This document shows positions 1 through 12,843 of a stretch of 64,000 nucleotides of DNA, one piece after another (position 1 is the stretch's first letter; each line of letters starts with the position of its first letter). The notes beneath the pieces are model-generated. The model saw nothing but the letters and a program-made list of their open reading frames with translations. It was not told the origin of the DNA and did no database searches. This DNA is from Macrostomum hystrix (lineage: Eukaryota; Animalia; Platyhelminthes). Made by a program: the position numbers and the translations under genes. The stretch is taken from NCBI GenBank assembly GCA_950097015.1, contig CATNEN010000029.1, forward strand, positions 6,944,001-7,008,000. The letters run 5' to 3'.

Positions 1-190
1 TGGGGGACGCCAGACCGATCCTCAATCCTTAATTACCCCAGATAATGCTGGTACCCAAGCTGGGTGAACTGAAGCAATTCAGATTGAAGTATCTTGCTAA
101 AGGACACAATTTATACTAGTTGATGACACGGAATCGAACCCCCGACCTTCGAGTCGTGCATCCGACGATACCCACAAGGCTATAACCTCC
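1..190 (-). mobile_element. tRNA-derived SINE copy in an INTS3 intron
   Basis: GGAATCGAACC is the reverse complement of a B box. The body (GCTGGTACCCA, GCTGGGTGAACTGA, ATCTTGCTAAAGGACACAA) is shared with copies at about 30.3 and 48.3 kb. Confidence 0.7.
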
Positions 191-239
191 TCTATTCTAG
201 GTAGAGTATTACGAAATTAAAATAATTGATCAGACTCAC

Positions 240-3200
240 AACTGCAGCAGCGGGCGCTTGAGCTGGCACCAGATCCGAAAACGTGTGCCTAAGCAGGCTG
301 TGCATCTGTTTGTCCATCTTGGCTAGATCGAATAAGTGGGCTAGGCTGTGCACCACTTTGCGCTCAACAGCAGCCACCAGGCAGAGCCGCAGATGCCGGC
401 GCAGCTCGGCTGACATGGCCGGATAAAACTGATCGGCCAGTCTGCAGAGAAAGTCCAGCATGCCAACAGCCAGGTTCTGATGCTGCGAGCGGGCCAGGTT
501 GTTCTGTATGACTAACACGCCCGGCTCAATGTTCATCAAGTTGTGCTGGGCCGGATCAAACATAAGCCAATCATAATACAGAGCCAGTTTCATATTGCAC
601 ACAACAGTAGGCGATGTGCAGCTCAGCAATAGCCAGCTGATGAAGGCCCAGCGTTGAACTACTTCAGAGGCAATTGTCTCATTGGACGGATGCACCTGGG
701 TGACTACGAAACGAATCCAATCTATGCGCAGGCTCTGCGACTCAGGAGTGCTCAGATACTTGCGAGTCAGCCAGTCCAGGTAGCGCTTGTGCGAGCCCAT
801 GTGCACGAATTTTAGGTACCTAGTGGAAAATAATGTGAATTGATCATAGTTTGAATGACGAGATTATGATAAAATTATTTTTGAAATTATTATTATTACA
901 CTCCTCAATTGTTACCCGCTCCTCAATTGTGGTAAAAATTCTGACCAGTCGTTACCCATTCGTGGCCTATAATTCATCATTACCATTGCCCATACGGTTT
1001 ACATACTCGTAATAACTATTACGATCGGTTATTACCCGTTCCTGTATAAGCCCTGATAGGTCATTACCCGTTCCTGTATAAGCCCTGATCGGTCATTACC
1101 CGTTCCTGTATAAGCCCTGATCGGTCATTACCCGTTCCTGTATAAGCCCTGATCGGTCATTACCCGTTCCTGTATAAGCCCTGATCGGTCATTACCCGTT
1201 CCTGTTCAAGCACTGATCGGTTATTACCCGTTCCTGTATAAGCCCTGATCGGTCATTACCCGTTCCTGTATAAGCCCTGATCGGTCATTACCCGTTCCTG
1301 TTCAAGCACTGATCGGTTATTACCCGTTCCGGTATAAGCCCTGATAGGTCATTACCCGTTCCTGTATGAACACTGTTTAGAAATTTATAAACGCTTGTCT
1401 TGTATAATCACTGATCGGTCATTAACCCTTCGCGAATAAAAAGGGATCGGTCATTACCTATTCAGGTCCAATCAATGAGTGGTCATTACCCATTCCAGTA
1501 TAAGCAATGATTAGTCATTACCATAGTCCATGTATAACACTAGATTCGAAGATGCCTCACCATTTAATTCGCTGCTCCATGTCGTGGGTCAGGCGACTGA
1601 TGACGCATACGGGACTAGGCGGCTGAGACAGCAGCTGAGCTACGCCAGTAAATTTAGGCGACAGGCTAGCCGGCGAGTGAAGTATATCGGACCAGAGCTT
1701 CTCAAATTCTGGCAGTCTGGCCAAGTCTTGCAGCAGACGAAGCAGATCCCGGCCGATGCTCAAACAGTCTGTGAAATTGTCTCGCAGTAGAGGCACTACA
1801 AAATCGATTTCTCGCCTACGAAGCCGTTCAATTGTGGCTTGCTGGCCGTGACTAATAGGTGCGGCGTGATCAGCTATGAGTCTCAGGTAGGAATAGACGA
1901 CAACAGGTACTACAGCCTTTTTATCTAGCCAGTTGTGCCGATACTGCACTAGAATATCCAGTACAATCTCCACCAGCCAGAGATTCAATGGAGACAGATC
2001 GCCGCCCGTCATACGCCTCAGCAGATGATGCAACACGTGCTCAGCGTTGGCCGTGTTACTCTTTACTAGCTCATGAAATAGCCAAAGTAGTTGCCTTCGG
2101 GGCGTGTCCAATAATTTGGCCCAATACTCGCCAAGCAGTCGACTGATCTCGGTCACTGCCAGGTTCAAATTATCCTTTGTTGTTAGTAGTAGAAATTTGA
2201 AAGCTTTGGCAGCAAATGCCGGCTCGCATAGGCAGGAGTAGAGTAGGCCCAGTTGAACAGCGTTGCACGAGTTTATTGAAGTGAGTGACTGGGAAAAATA
2301 GACAAAAAGATAGTTGGCTTTCCTTAGTCACGATTAATTAAAATGGCCCAACTACCTTGTCTGCTAGAATAAGTAACACATTACTGAAAAATATGATAGG
2401 TGTTAGTCAAATTTGCTAGTGGCAAGCCACATTTAAAATCTAAATTAATCAACTATTTAAAACCATTTTCAGATTTTTCTGATATTCGTGAAAATAAAGT
2501 AAAGGTAATGCAATAATTATCATAAACAAAAATAAGATCCTTTAACTTACATGCTTTAGAAGAACATCATTCATAGCTGACTCTGAATCTTCTATTGAGT
2601 TGAGAAGCTGTTTAACTTCATTGTAGGCAGCTTGTAGAATCTAAAATATAAAGAAGTTAAAATTATAAAAAACATGGTATTATTTTCATAACTTTTCAGC
2701 TACATAAAAGCAACAAGCTACATTATTCAGTCTTTTTGGTCAAACAACTCCAATTCAACATTTCAAAGTAAATATATATTGACAATATTATCACTAAGAA
2801 CTACTAAGAACTAAATTTCTTTCTTTCCCAATATACTCAGCAGGATTAACAGGACCTAATTACATTGCAGACTAGTTTTCTTCCTTCCTAAAAAGTAGAA
2901 GTAGAAGCAAATACAAAAAGCATGACTGTTATGTTTTAAATGAAGCCTCAAAATGTTAATATTAAGAATATGAATCATGCAAGAGTCAATATATTCTCTC
3001 TGTCAATATATATATGCATATAAATATATATATATATCAGCTGGAAACTGATATGGAGATACTCAGTCACTGATATCAACTATTTTAGGGTGACTACACT
3101 ACAAGGGGTAATGTATCATCAACTGAACAGTGTATCTTCAAAACCGAACAAGAATTTTGACTCCTTCCTTGGTCTCGTGCAAGACAGAAACAAGCTATTG

Positions 3201-4125
3201 TGTTTCACAGAACAACTAATTTGAAAGTTGAAGAAATTATCTACAAGCTGAGGCATGATGTGCAATGAAACATTAAGAGGAAAGAAAGATATTGATGTTT
3301 CAGTAGAAATTTTTATGGCAAAATCATACTTTTTAACAACATTTTTTCAGTATGTACTTTAGACAAAGATTGTATGTGGTTGCTTGCCAATTAAATGACC
3401 ATAAATGTAGTTACTTATAGAGCATGAAAAATGCTTTCAAATGACATAATTCATGATAGTTCACTCCTTAAAATAAGATTAAACCACTCACTCAAATTTT
3501 AAAACCAAACATCAAATTCTCTGTTTGGTTTGAAGATATATGAAAATCATTGTTCGGTTTTAGATAAAAAGCAGGAATAACTTTTTTTCTATTTGACAAA
3601 ATAGCAAAAGCAGATACTTTTTAGAAAGATGTAACTGTTTTCTATAACTTGGCTTTTGATTTATAATCATATTTTAAATAGAAAATCTGTAGCTTAGGTT
3701 TGAAGTTAAAAAAATACACATTCTTGTTTGGTTGATGATACATTACCCTAACATTTTTTGACTACTTTCTGTTATCAAAAGTAATAACAGAAAGCTCAAT
3801 TCCTGGAGATTTGGTTCTAAGCACTTTTTGTTAATACTGAGCCATGATCAATAGCAGCATTACTATAGGTTGTCAAGACAATTTTCACTATCACTTGTAA
3901 ATTATTGGTACTATTTGACTGATCAGTGAAAAGGAAAAACAGGACATCTAGTCACTCCAACTTAAAGTCCAATTTAAACAGTTTAATATAATGCTTTCAA
4001 ATTATATTTGTAATTTAGATTTTCTACAGTACAGATCAGGACAAGATCAACTGTCTTACCTTTATTGCATCAGGAATAATTTCAATTGCATCTTGTTGTA
4101 TAAGACCTGGAACCGCTGCAGCCAT
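240..4125 (-). CDS. INTS3: Integrator complex subunit 3 (SOSS-A), N-terminal exons; gene continues beyond the left edge
   Basis: Exons 4125-4060, 2640-2551, 2288-1561 and 819-240 have GT-AG boundaries and compatible phases (0,0,2). Translation includes LGLLYSCLCEP, GGDLSPLNLWLVE, VVYSYLRLIADH, HKRYLDWLTRKYLSTPESQSLR and ALYYDWLMFDP..MNIEPGVLV, which I recognise as INTS3 blocks. Confidence 0.93.
1021..1500. repeat. 32-bp minisatellite in an INTS3 intron
   Basis: Unit GATCGGTCATTACCCGTTCCTGTATAAGCCCT, period 32 (1023, 1055, ...), decaying after about 1370. Confidence 0.95.
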
Positions 4126-4500
4126 TGTACAGTTTTTTGTAGCTAGGCACCTAGCTTAACTAATTGTTTTCTACTTTATTGTTTTATACTTTAATAGCCT
4201 TTACACTGCTATTTCTTAATCACGATAAAATTATTTCTTGAAGTAAAAAATTTGCTATAGTTATATTGCCGTCATAACAGAATGTAGTAAAAAAATATTA
4301 AAAATTGAATTATTGGCTAGCAGCAACTTCTATCGCTATTTTTATGACGAATATAATAAAGCAACTTGAAGTGAAGCAACAAGCTTTGATGTCTATTATG
4401 TGAAACAAGTCGTGATTTTTTTAACTAGATTTCTTTGAAAAATTTTAAAAGTAAAAATGCTGTTTTGCTTTAAATTACGTCCTATTTTCCAGTACCAGTA

Positions 4501-7500
4501 GGCCTCGTCTCAATTTTAGGCTGACCATTGAATTTAAACAATTTTTTTTTATTTTTCATCTTAGCTTTCAATTAAGTATTTCTAATAATATACTATTTAG
4601 AAAAATAAAATGCTTTAGGTGCATTTTAAGCAGTAAGTAATTGCTTACAATTGCTTTTAAAATATTCAGCGATATTTTTCGAGGCGATTATTTAAAAAAG
4701 AACTATCAGTCACGGTTTCAAAATGGCCGCCATTAGTTATTTTAAAAAGATTCAGAAGAAAAAACTGAAGTTATAAAGCAGATTTATGTCTTAGATTAAA
4801 CTTATAGTCATATACTTTAAGCATGATAGCTTCATCTAATAATTGAAATTGTATTTAGTATTTTTTTGGCGAGAACTTTTACTGATAACAATACCCAATT
4901 CTTGGCCCGTATAAGTCTTCATGTTTTAATCCGTACTTAAAAGAAGAAAAATAGAAAAAATAATGCTGCACTTCCACATAGTTTAACTACTTCCACATCA
5001 GTACTGCAGTTATATATTTTCCGTATACTAGTAGAAGTGCATAAAATGGCGTTATTTTTAATCACATTTGGCATTTCGACAAAAGTTATAATATTTTAGC
5101 ACAAAACTAACTTTCTGTAACCACACTAGCATTACACTAAGTGCAAAAAATGTGCTGAAATTTTATAGCCAAGTTTAGCTGAATGTAATGATCAAATGCT
5201 TTTTTTTAATTTTCTCAAAACCTTATATTAAAAAAATAAGGGGTGTATTTGTAAGTAAATGTCTGTATACATTTTATTTTGGTTCTGTAACCAAGCTAGA
5301 CAATTACCTATTGGCCATTAGAGCGTGAAAATCAACAAAAATGTTGATTACTTTAATTATTGCAAATGATTTTTTTCATTTTGCATCGACATAAACAGAT
5401 TTCAAATTATAGGCCTCAATAAATTTCAATAGGTTTATGTATTATAGACAAATATATTTATTCCAAAGTAGTGCAAAAAAATTATATCACTACATTTTTT
5501 TGAATATTTGAATATAAATATTATTTCCTCCCAATTGGAAGAGTCAAGAAATAAAGATTATTTTAAGAATGTTTGTTCTCTGTTTATGCACTAAGGATTT
5601 AAGATGTTAATACAGGATCTACGTGTAAAGCATGCTTACAACCATTGTTCATCCTCTCGTCGCAGGGCAAGCCTTTTGCACTTAGTAAGCGGCAGAAGCT
5701 GCGAGCAAAAAAGGATAGATACATTAAAAAGAACTTTGGGTCACATAGCAGCTACCTTGAAAATCAGCGTGCCTACTACCACAAAAAAAAGACCAGTAGA
5801 ATTACCGCAGGCAATAATCCGCCTAAGCAATCTAAGCGCGTACCAATTTCTCGTTCTGAGGCAGCACGTGTCCGTGAGCGCACGAAGCTTAAAAGAGAGG
5901 CTCGAAATCTGCATGATGAGCTGATTGAAGCAAAAAGGCGGATCAGCATTCTGCGTGTCCAGCTATTGAGGGGGCATCAAGCAACGGCTGCTGCTGAACG
6001 GCGCTGTGAGGATCTGGACAGGCGGAGCAATTTCTTGGTTGAGACCTTAGCTGGTCTGCGGCGCAAAAAGCATATTCGTCAAAGCATCCGAGAAATTTGT
6101 GAAGCCTCGCCACCAGATAAGCGAAAGGCTGTCATGCAGATGCTTGGTGCGTCCCCGAAGGTTCTGAAGGCGCCTGTCAGACGAGTCACGAAAGCCCTTC
6201 ACGAATCTGTAGAAGCCTTCTGGTGCGATGATGAGAATAGCCGCTCGACATCATCGAAGAAGCATTTCATCAGGCGATTCGTGGTAATCGCTGGCAAGAA
6301 AACCAAGGAGACACGTCAGAAGCGCTTTCTTGTGTCCACAGGTAAATGAAGTCCATTGATTACATGGTACGCTGGGCTTGATTACAAAACGCAAGCAATC
6401 AGTATATTTTATGAACAGTTATACAAATATACATTCTACGAGCGTAGATGTAGTCCAGGAACTTAAATTGGAAACATATGTAGTGCAGTGAGAGATTCAA
6501 ACTAGTAAATAAAATCACAATTTTAATATCATTTTCTGCTTCCTAAAAGTAAACAGTAAACTATTGTTCTGCGTAAAAGAGCGCTTCTAAACTTTAAAAT
6601 CGTATTTTTACGCAGGCGAGGCGCTGTATGCCAAATTCAAACGAGAGAATCCTGGAGTAAAGATCAGTCGGGCGACATTCTTTCGCTTGAGGCCCTGGCA
6701 TGTTGTTCAGCCTCGCCTGTGTGATCGCGACATCTGCATGTGCATGCAATGTACCAACTTAGAGTTCCTGGCCAAGGGGATGCACTCGGCTCGGCTTTTG
6801 AAAACAAGCAGCTTGCGCGATCTCCTGGATGCAATCGTCTGCTCCGATGAGTCGGTTGATTGTCTAATGCGCCGCTGCGAAACCTGTAGACGATTGTCCC
6901 CTGTGACGAGCGCAGCAATTAACAAGCCGGATGTGACCTTCGACGTCTGGCAATCACGAAGTAGCGGCAATGGCGTAGAGGTCGTCAGAATGACCGTCAA
7001 TTGCGACGAGGCCGTCAGCATGCTTCTTAACCAACTCGACGACTTTGCCGCCCACTTTTTCCGCCTGCGGCATCAGCTACGTTGCATTCGGTGCCTCAAG
7101 CAAACTCTCGTGCCGGGTCATCTTGTCTTGCACGTAGACTTTTCCGAGAACTATGGCGCTAAGTACCACAAAGAAGTCCAGGCGACACACTTTGGCGAGC
7201 AGAATCAGATTGTCATCCACCAGGGTGTTGCCTATCGGGCCGATCATCCACCGTTTTCCTTTGTTTCTGTGTCGGCAGACAGGACAAAGACAGCTGATGG
7301 GATAGCCGCCCACCTGAAGCCTGTGATAGGCCACTTTCTTAAGTTGTACAAGGAAGAAGGCATTGCATTGACGAAGGTTACAATGATATCGGATTCGCCT
7401 TCGAGTCAGTATCGGAGCCGGAAGATGATTTACGTATTTCAGCGTCTCATGCTGCGCTTTTCGATTTCAGACTGGCAATGGATTTATACTGAGGCTGGCC

Positions 7501-9701
7501 ACGGCAAGGGTGCGGCAGATGGCGTTGGTGCAGCTGTGAAGCGGAGATGCGATGCGGTGGTGGCTGCAAAGCGAGATGTTGTGACGCCGGAGGACGTTCT
7601 GTGGGCTGTCAAAGAGGATGATGCTCTGCGTGTATTTACATGGTTAGTTAAATCGACAGACATCAAAGAATTCACTGACCTGTTCCTGTTGGTGAACCTA
7701 AATGATATGCCGGGCGCCGCTAAGATGCACCACGTAACAAGGTCTTCGGCGCATGGCATTATCTATCGCGACCTTTGCTGTATCTGTACAGGAGCATCAG
7801 AGGATTGTACTTGCTTTAATGCACGCATATGGAGCCCTTGGAAGTTGTCTAGTCGGAGGGCCACTGCCAGTGACTTAACTGTTGCAGGCGTCACCACTAA
7901 CGCTGATGCTGGCTCCAACGATGATCACAGTCGAGGTCGTGGACGAGGTCGTGGCCGAGGGCGCGGACGAGGACGCGGACAAGGGCGCAGAGGACAAGGG
8001 CGTAGATATCATGAAGTAGTGCACACGTTTTGTGCTGCTGATCAGTGTCCTCTGCCAAGTGCAGCAAACGTGCAGGGAGTGCAATGCGAAGGCTGCCCTC
8101 GATGGTTCCACCATGATTGTGTGGATCTGCCTCCCAGCACCGACTTCGCTACATTCCACTTCTTTTGCACTATTTCATGCATAGCATAAATGACGAAAAC
8201 AGCAACTGCGCTTGCTGATCTAGGTAGCTGTAAAAGATAACGACTTCACTTTGTCATATTCTGAAACTAGACTCACGAACTTAAACGTGCCATCATGCAT
8301 GTAGATTCCAAATCGCTTAACATAGAGTTTAAATTAGAGATGCATTATAGATAAAAATAAAATAATAACTAAAAGCTATGATAAATGCAAAAAGTTTTAA
8401 ATGTATACACTTTTAGAGTGGCAGATATGGTTTGAAGCTTATTATTTGAAAAAAAATAAGCACATCTAGAAAGTTATTATGTTATTAATAGCAATTAAAA
8501 ATTGCAAAATGTATTAAATCTCCTGTTTTCTTATATTAAAACAAAAATGTTTTAGGATCACATTTTATATGGGTTGCTTGCCCTTTGTTAATCAGATTGT
8601 TCAGATCTTTACAGTACAACTGTTTGTAAAAAAAGCTATTTAGAAGTTTATTCAGTTTCTTCTGTTGTTATTGCCATTTTTAATGGCATCAGTTCAGCTG
8701 AAAGTAGCTCTTGTTTAGTTGTTATATTTACTTTATTTCTGTTGCTGTCTACAATGAAAATACTTTTTGAGCTTCATCTGCAACTCAGTACAGTTAGCAA
8801 AAAATCTTTAGCTTCTATATCCTTCTGTTTTTTTCAACTATATATTACCTTACATTTGCTAAAAATTAGGTATAAAGATAAGGCCTTATTATAATTGTTT
8901 TAAATGGTTTTTTCTTTTTTCAAAGCTGCATTTATTTTTGCCAAGTGTACAATTTTACTGCGAATTTTGTGGCCCGTATTCTAGAGAGTTTCGTGTTATA
9001 TATATATATATATATTTAGCTGGTGTTACATTTTATTTTTTTTAAAGCTAGTCTGAACTTTTTTAAACATTCGCATCAAAACTACATCTAGTCTACATCT
9101 ACTTAAAATGTTACCTAATAATGGCTCTGAATGTAGTATGTTATGTCATCGTGATATACACAAAATTGCATTAAATACCAAAACATATCAATGTTATAAA
9201 ACGAGTTTATACACTTCAATAAACTAATTTTAACATAAAATAATTAAAATATAAATTTCGGAATTCTATTTGAGTTATTCAAACAGTACCCACACGAAAC
9301 ACAACGGTGCGAGTTATCTTCACCGATAAAAAATGTACAGCATTTTCACAAGTTAAATTATTGTTTGAGTCATTTTTATAAAAAAAAAACAAAAAAAACG
9401 TACAAAGTTTTTTTAACCGAAAGCTTAATTCTAGCTCTAAATTTCATTTTCCTTTATTTTTGTTATAGACATCCTAAACATCTTTTAAGAACCTAATGTC
9501 ATGTATTTTTGTAATCGTCAGTTAGTCCGGACAAAAAACTAACAAATTCGTATTTAGGTCACATATTCGTCGATGCTGGTGCTTTAAGTATATTTTTCGA
9601 GATACAAGGCCAGTAATAAACAATTTAGATAAAAAAAAACTATCGCTTCCTTCACCTCTTTTTTATTTCATAAATTGTCGTCTAAGCTTTGAGACAGGGC
9701 C
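4501..9701 (+). mobile_element. Full-length DNA transposon, Sola2-like
   Basis: Imperfect TIRs: GGCCTCGTCTCAATTTTAGG on the left, reverse complement GGCCCTGTCTCAAAGCTTAG on the right. AGTA lies on both flanks (4497-4500 and 9702-9705), consistent with a 4-bp TSD. Encloses one spliced transposase gene. Confidence 0.65.
5645..8189 (+). CDS. DDD transposase (Sola2-like) with C-terminal RG repeat and PHD finger; true start uncertain
   Basis: Exon ending at 6341 splices in phase 1 to 6616 (LVST-G-EALYAKFKRENP..F..LRPW). Motifs HVDFSENY, ISDSPSSQYR and EAGHGKGAADGVG..VKR match my recollection of Sola2 transposases. An RGRGRG tract is followed by C-x4-C..C-x2-C-x4-H-x2-C..C-x3-C. Confidence 0.75.
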
Positions 9702-9766
9702 AGTAACAGTACCAGTACCGGAAAAAATAAAAGTTAAAACAAATGGTCGTAACATCGAAAAATATT

Positions 9767-10785
9767 AATTGCCATGGCTGTAGATGAAGCACGTGCAATT
9801 TCAGCTTCCTACAGCATCCAGCGCCGGAGCAGTGGACCCTTAAAGTGCGTCTCCCAACCCCAGCCATAGAAGCCTCTGTTACTAAGGTCATGAGGACCCT
9901 TATTGCGCCAGCATGACTGGTCAGGGGCAACTAATAACCATCAGAGCATCAATTGCCATGGCTGTAGATGAAGCACGTGCAATTTCAGCTTCCTACAGCA
10001 TCCAGCGCCGGAGCAGTGGACCCTTAAAGTGCGTCTCCCCACCCCAGCCATAGAAGCCTCTGTTACTAAGGTCATGAGGACCCTTATTGCGCCAGCATGA
10101 CTGGTCAGGGGCAACTAATAACCATCAGAGCATCAATTGCCATGGCTGTAGATGAAGCACGTGCAATTTCAGCTTCCTACAGCATCCAGCGCCGGAGCAG
10201 TGGACCCTTAAAGTGCGTCTCCCCACCCCAGCCATAGAAGCCTCTGTTACTAAGGTCATGAGGACCCTTATTGCGCCAGCATGACTGGTCAGGGGCAACT
10301 AATAACCATCAGAGCATCAATTGCCATGGCTGTAGATGAAGCACGTGCAATTTCAGCTTCCTACAGCATCCAGCGCCGGAGCAGTGGACCCTTAAAGTGC
10401 GTCTCCCCACCCCAGCCATAGAAGCCTCTGTTACTAAGGTCATGAGGACCCTTATTGCGCCAGCATGACTGGTCAGGGGCAACTAATAACCATCAGAGCA
10501 TCAATTGCCATGGCTGTAGATGAAGCACGTGCAATTTCAGCTTCCTACAGCATCCAGCGCCGGAGCAGTGGACCCTTAAAGTGCGTCTCCCCACCCCAGC
10601 CATAGAAGCCTCTGTTACTAAGGTCATGAGGACCCTTATTGCGCCAGCATGACTGGTCAGGGGCAACTAATAACCATCAGAGCATCAATTGCCATGGCTG
10701 TAGATGAAGCACGTGCAATTTCAGCTTCCTACAGCATCCAGCGCCGGAGCAGTGGACCCTTAAAGTGCGTCTCCCCACCCCAGCC
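9767..10785. repeat. 184-bp tandem repeat, about 5.5 near-identical copies
   Basis: GCCATGG recurs at 9771, 9955, 10139, 10323, 10507 and 10691 (period 184). Confidence 0.97.
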
Positions 10786-11234
10786 GTATGGCCTTGTGGC
10801 AAATTCAGATATGCGCGAATTAGCCAATTTTATAGTTTCTTTGGCGGCATATCTTAATTGAACAGTGAACATGCATCCTTTTTTAAGCCTCCACGTTGCT
10901 TACTCCTCGTCCATTGTTGTGCAGGATTTGCTTTTAATTGTTAGGTTTAGTCTCTTTAAACTCCACTGGCGCTGTATTCTTATCCCAGTGTATTACGAGC
11001 GTGCCTTCCTAATGCTATTGTTAAGTCTTAAATGGTTTTAATTTTCTGACAGCTTACTGTACCTGACCTTCGTAATTTACTCCCTTTTAATTGGATGATT
11101 GTTGGCCTTCAATTTCACTGGCTATGGTGAGGAGTGGGGGTTTTCGAGCAGGGCAAATACGCTCGTATAAAGGAACTCAATACTCCGCGCAGTGTCATAA
11201 AATATTATCAATAAGGAACCTCACTTGGAACGCC

Positions 11235-11475
11235 ATGCTTCGAATTTTTGTTTTATCGCTTCTCTTTACCTCCTGCATTGCTTTTAAACGAGGAAAACTT
11301 AGCACTGTACATCTATCACCGCTTATTTTTGGTGAATATGAAGAATCGGAGCTTTGCTCCTCTTCCTACCACGATCCTAAATCCATATGGGGTCAGATCG
11401 TTCTGAAACTTGATTTCAAAAACTCCCTTTTGAATCGCAAGACTGTCTACGAATACTATCGGCGTCACGCTAGAG
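11235..11475 (+). CDS. Probable upstream exon of the MULE transposase gene
   Basis: Open frame ..SIWGQIVLKLDF..RKTVYEYYRRHAR ends at a G|GTAAGT donor in phase 1, which fits the TTTTCCTTCCAG acceptor ending at 12085. Start codon uncertain. Confidence 0.5.
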
Positions 11476-12085
11476 GTAAGTTTGGCTTTGCTGATTGCCT
11501 TTCATGTACGTGCATGCATATGTACTGCTTGTGAATGACGGTCACATCCAGGGGAGTCAAAACACATGTGGCCTAAATGAAAAGAATGACTCAAGATTGT
11601 TGCGATCCCATAGAATGTGTCACTAACTCCTTATTGCTTCAGTACAATCAGCTGTAAAATGAGTACGAGTATGAAGGGTTGCCACCCACAAATCTTTGGA
11701 CTGAACAACAGTCATTAGATGCGTCGCGTAATCTGCAGCTGTGCTGTCGGTTGCAAATCTCGCATAGGGGCCAGGTGTAGAACGTTATCGTAATCACTAT
11801 TATTACTATTAGTCGAACAGGCAATCGACAGTAAAATTTTCTCTTTAACTGTAATGGGTTGGGATCACTTTCTACTTAAAAGTATACTGTAGAATGGCAC
11901 CAATGTCAGACAAAGTAAACTGACGTGAACACCACGAGAAAACTACAAGTTGGCTATCAGCTCATCAGAACATAAATTTATCTGAATACATTGCTGCTTT
12001 AATTATCACATGATTTTGGGGCTCTAAGCCTACTTTATTATTTTGCACTATAAGGATCCAATTATTTCCAAAATTTTCCTTCCAG

Positions 12086-12843
12086 AGCAGCAGCGCGCGG
12101 CAGGAGCTTCACCTCCAGCAGCAGCTGAGCGCACGGATGGAGCGCCAACTCCAGCGGCAGCGGAGCAGCGCGCGGCAGCAGCTCCACCTCCAGCGGCAGC
12201 TGGGCGCACGGATGGAGCGCCAACTCCAGCGGCAGCGGAGCAGCGCGCGGCAGCAGCTCCACCTCCAGCGGCAGCTGGGCGCACGGATGGAGCGCCAACT
12301 CCAGCGGCAGCGGAGCAGCGCGCGGCAGCAGCTCCACCTCCAGCAGCAGCTGGGCGCACGGATGGAGCGCCAACTCCAGCGGCAGCGGAGCAGCGCGCGG
12401 CAGCAGCTCCACCTCCAGCGGCAGCTGGGCGCACGGATGGAGCGCCAACTCCAGCGGCAGCGGAGCAGCGCGCGGCAGCAGCTCCACCTCCAGCGGCAGC
12501 TGGGCGCACGGATGGAGCGCCAACTCCAGCGGCAGCGGAGCAGCGCGCGGCAGCAGCTCCACCTCCAGCGGCAGCTGGGCGCACGGATGGAGCGCCAACT
12601 CCAGCGGCAGCGGAGCAGCGCGCGGCAGCAGCTCCACCTCCAGCGGCAGCTGGGCGCACGGATGGAGCGCCAACTCCAGCGGCAGCGGAGCAGCGCGCGG
12701 CAGCAGCTCCACCTCCAGCGGCAGCTGGGCGCACGGATGGAGCGCCAACTCCAGCGGCAGCGGAGCAGCGCGCGGCAGCAGCTCCACCTCCAGCGGCAGC
12801 TGGGCGCACGGATGGAGCGCCAACTCCAGCGGCAGCGGAGCAG
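12086..12843 (+). repeat. Coding 75-bp tandem repeat, about 10 copies (AGRTDGAPTPAAAEQRAAAAPPPAA)
   Basis: Period 75 (12202, 12277, ...), in frame with the transposase. Confidence 0.97.

Noticed and set aside
3100-3300. Possible degraded transposase fragment in an INTS3 intron
   Set aside because: Short open stretches with stops and no recognisable motif.
11235-11290. Signal peptide (MLRIFVLSLLFTSCIA) suggesting a secreted protein
   Set aside because: The downstream exon splices in phase to the transposase; the hydrophobic start may be coincidental or not the real start.
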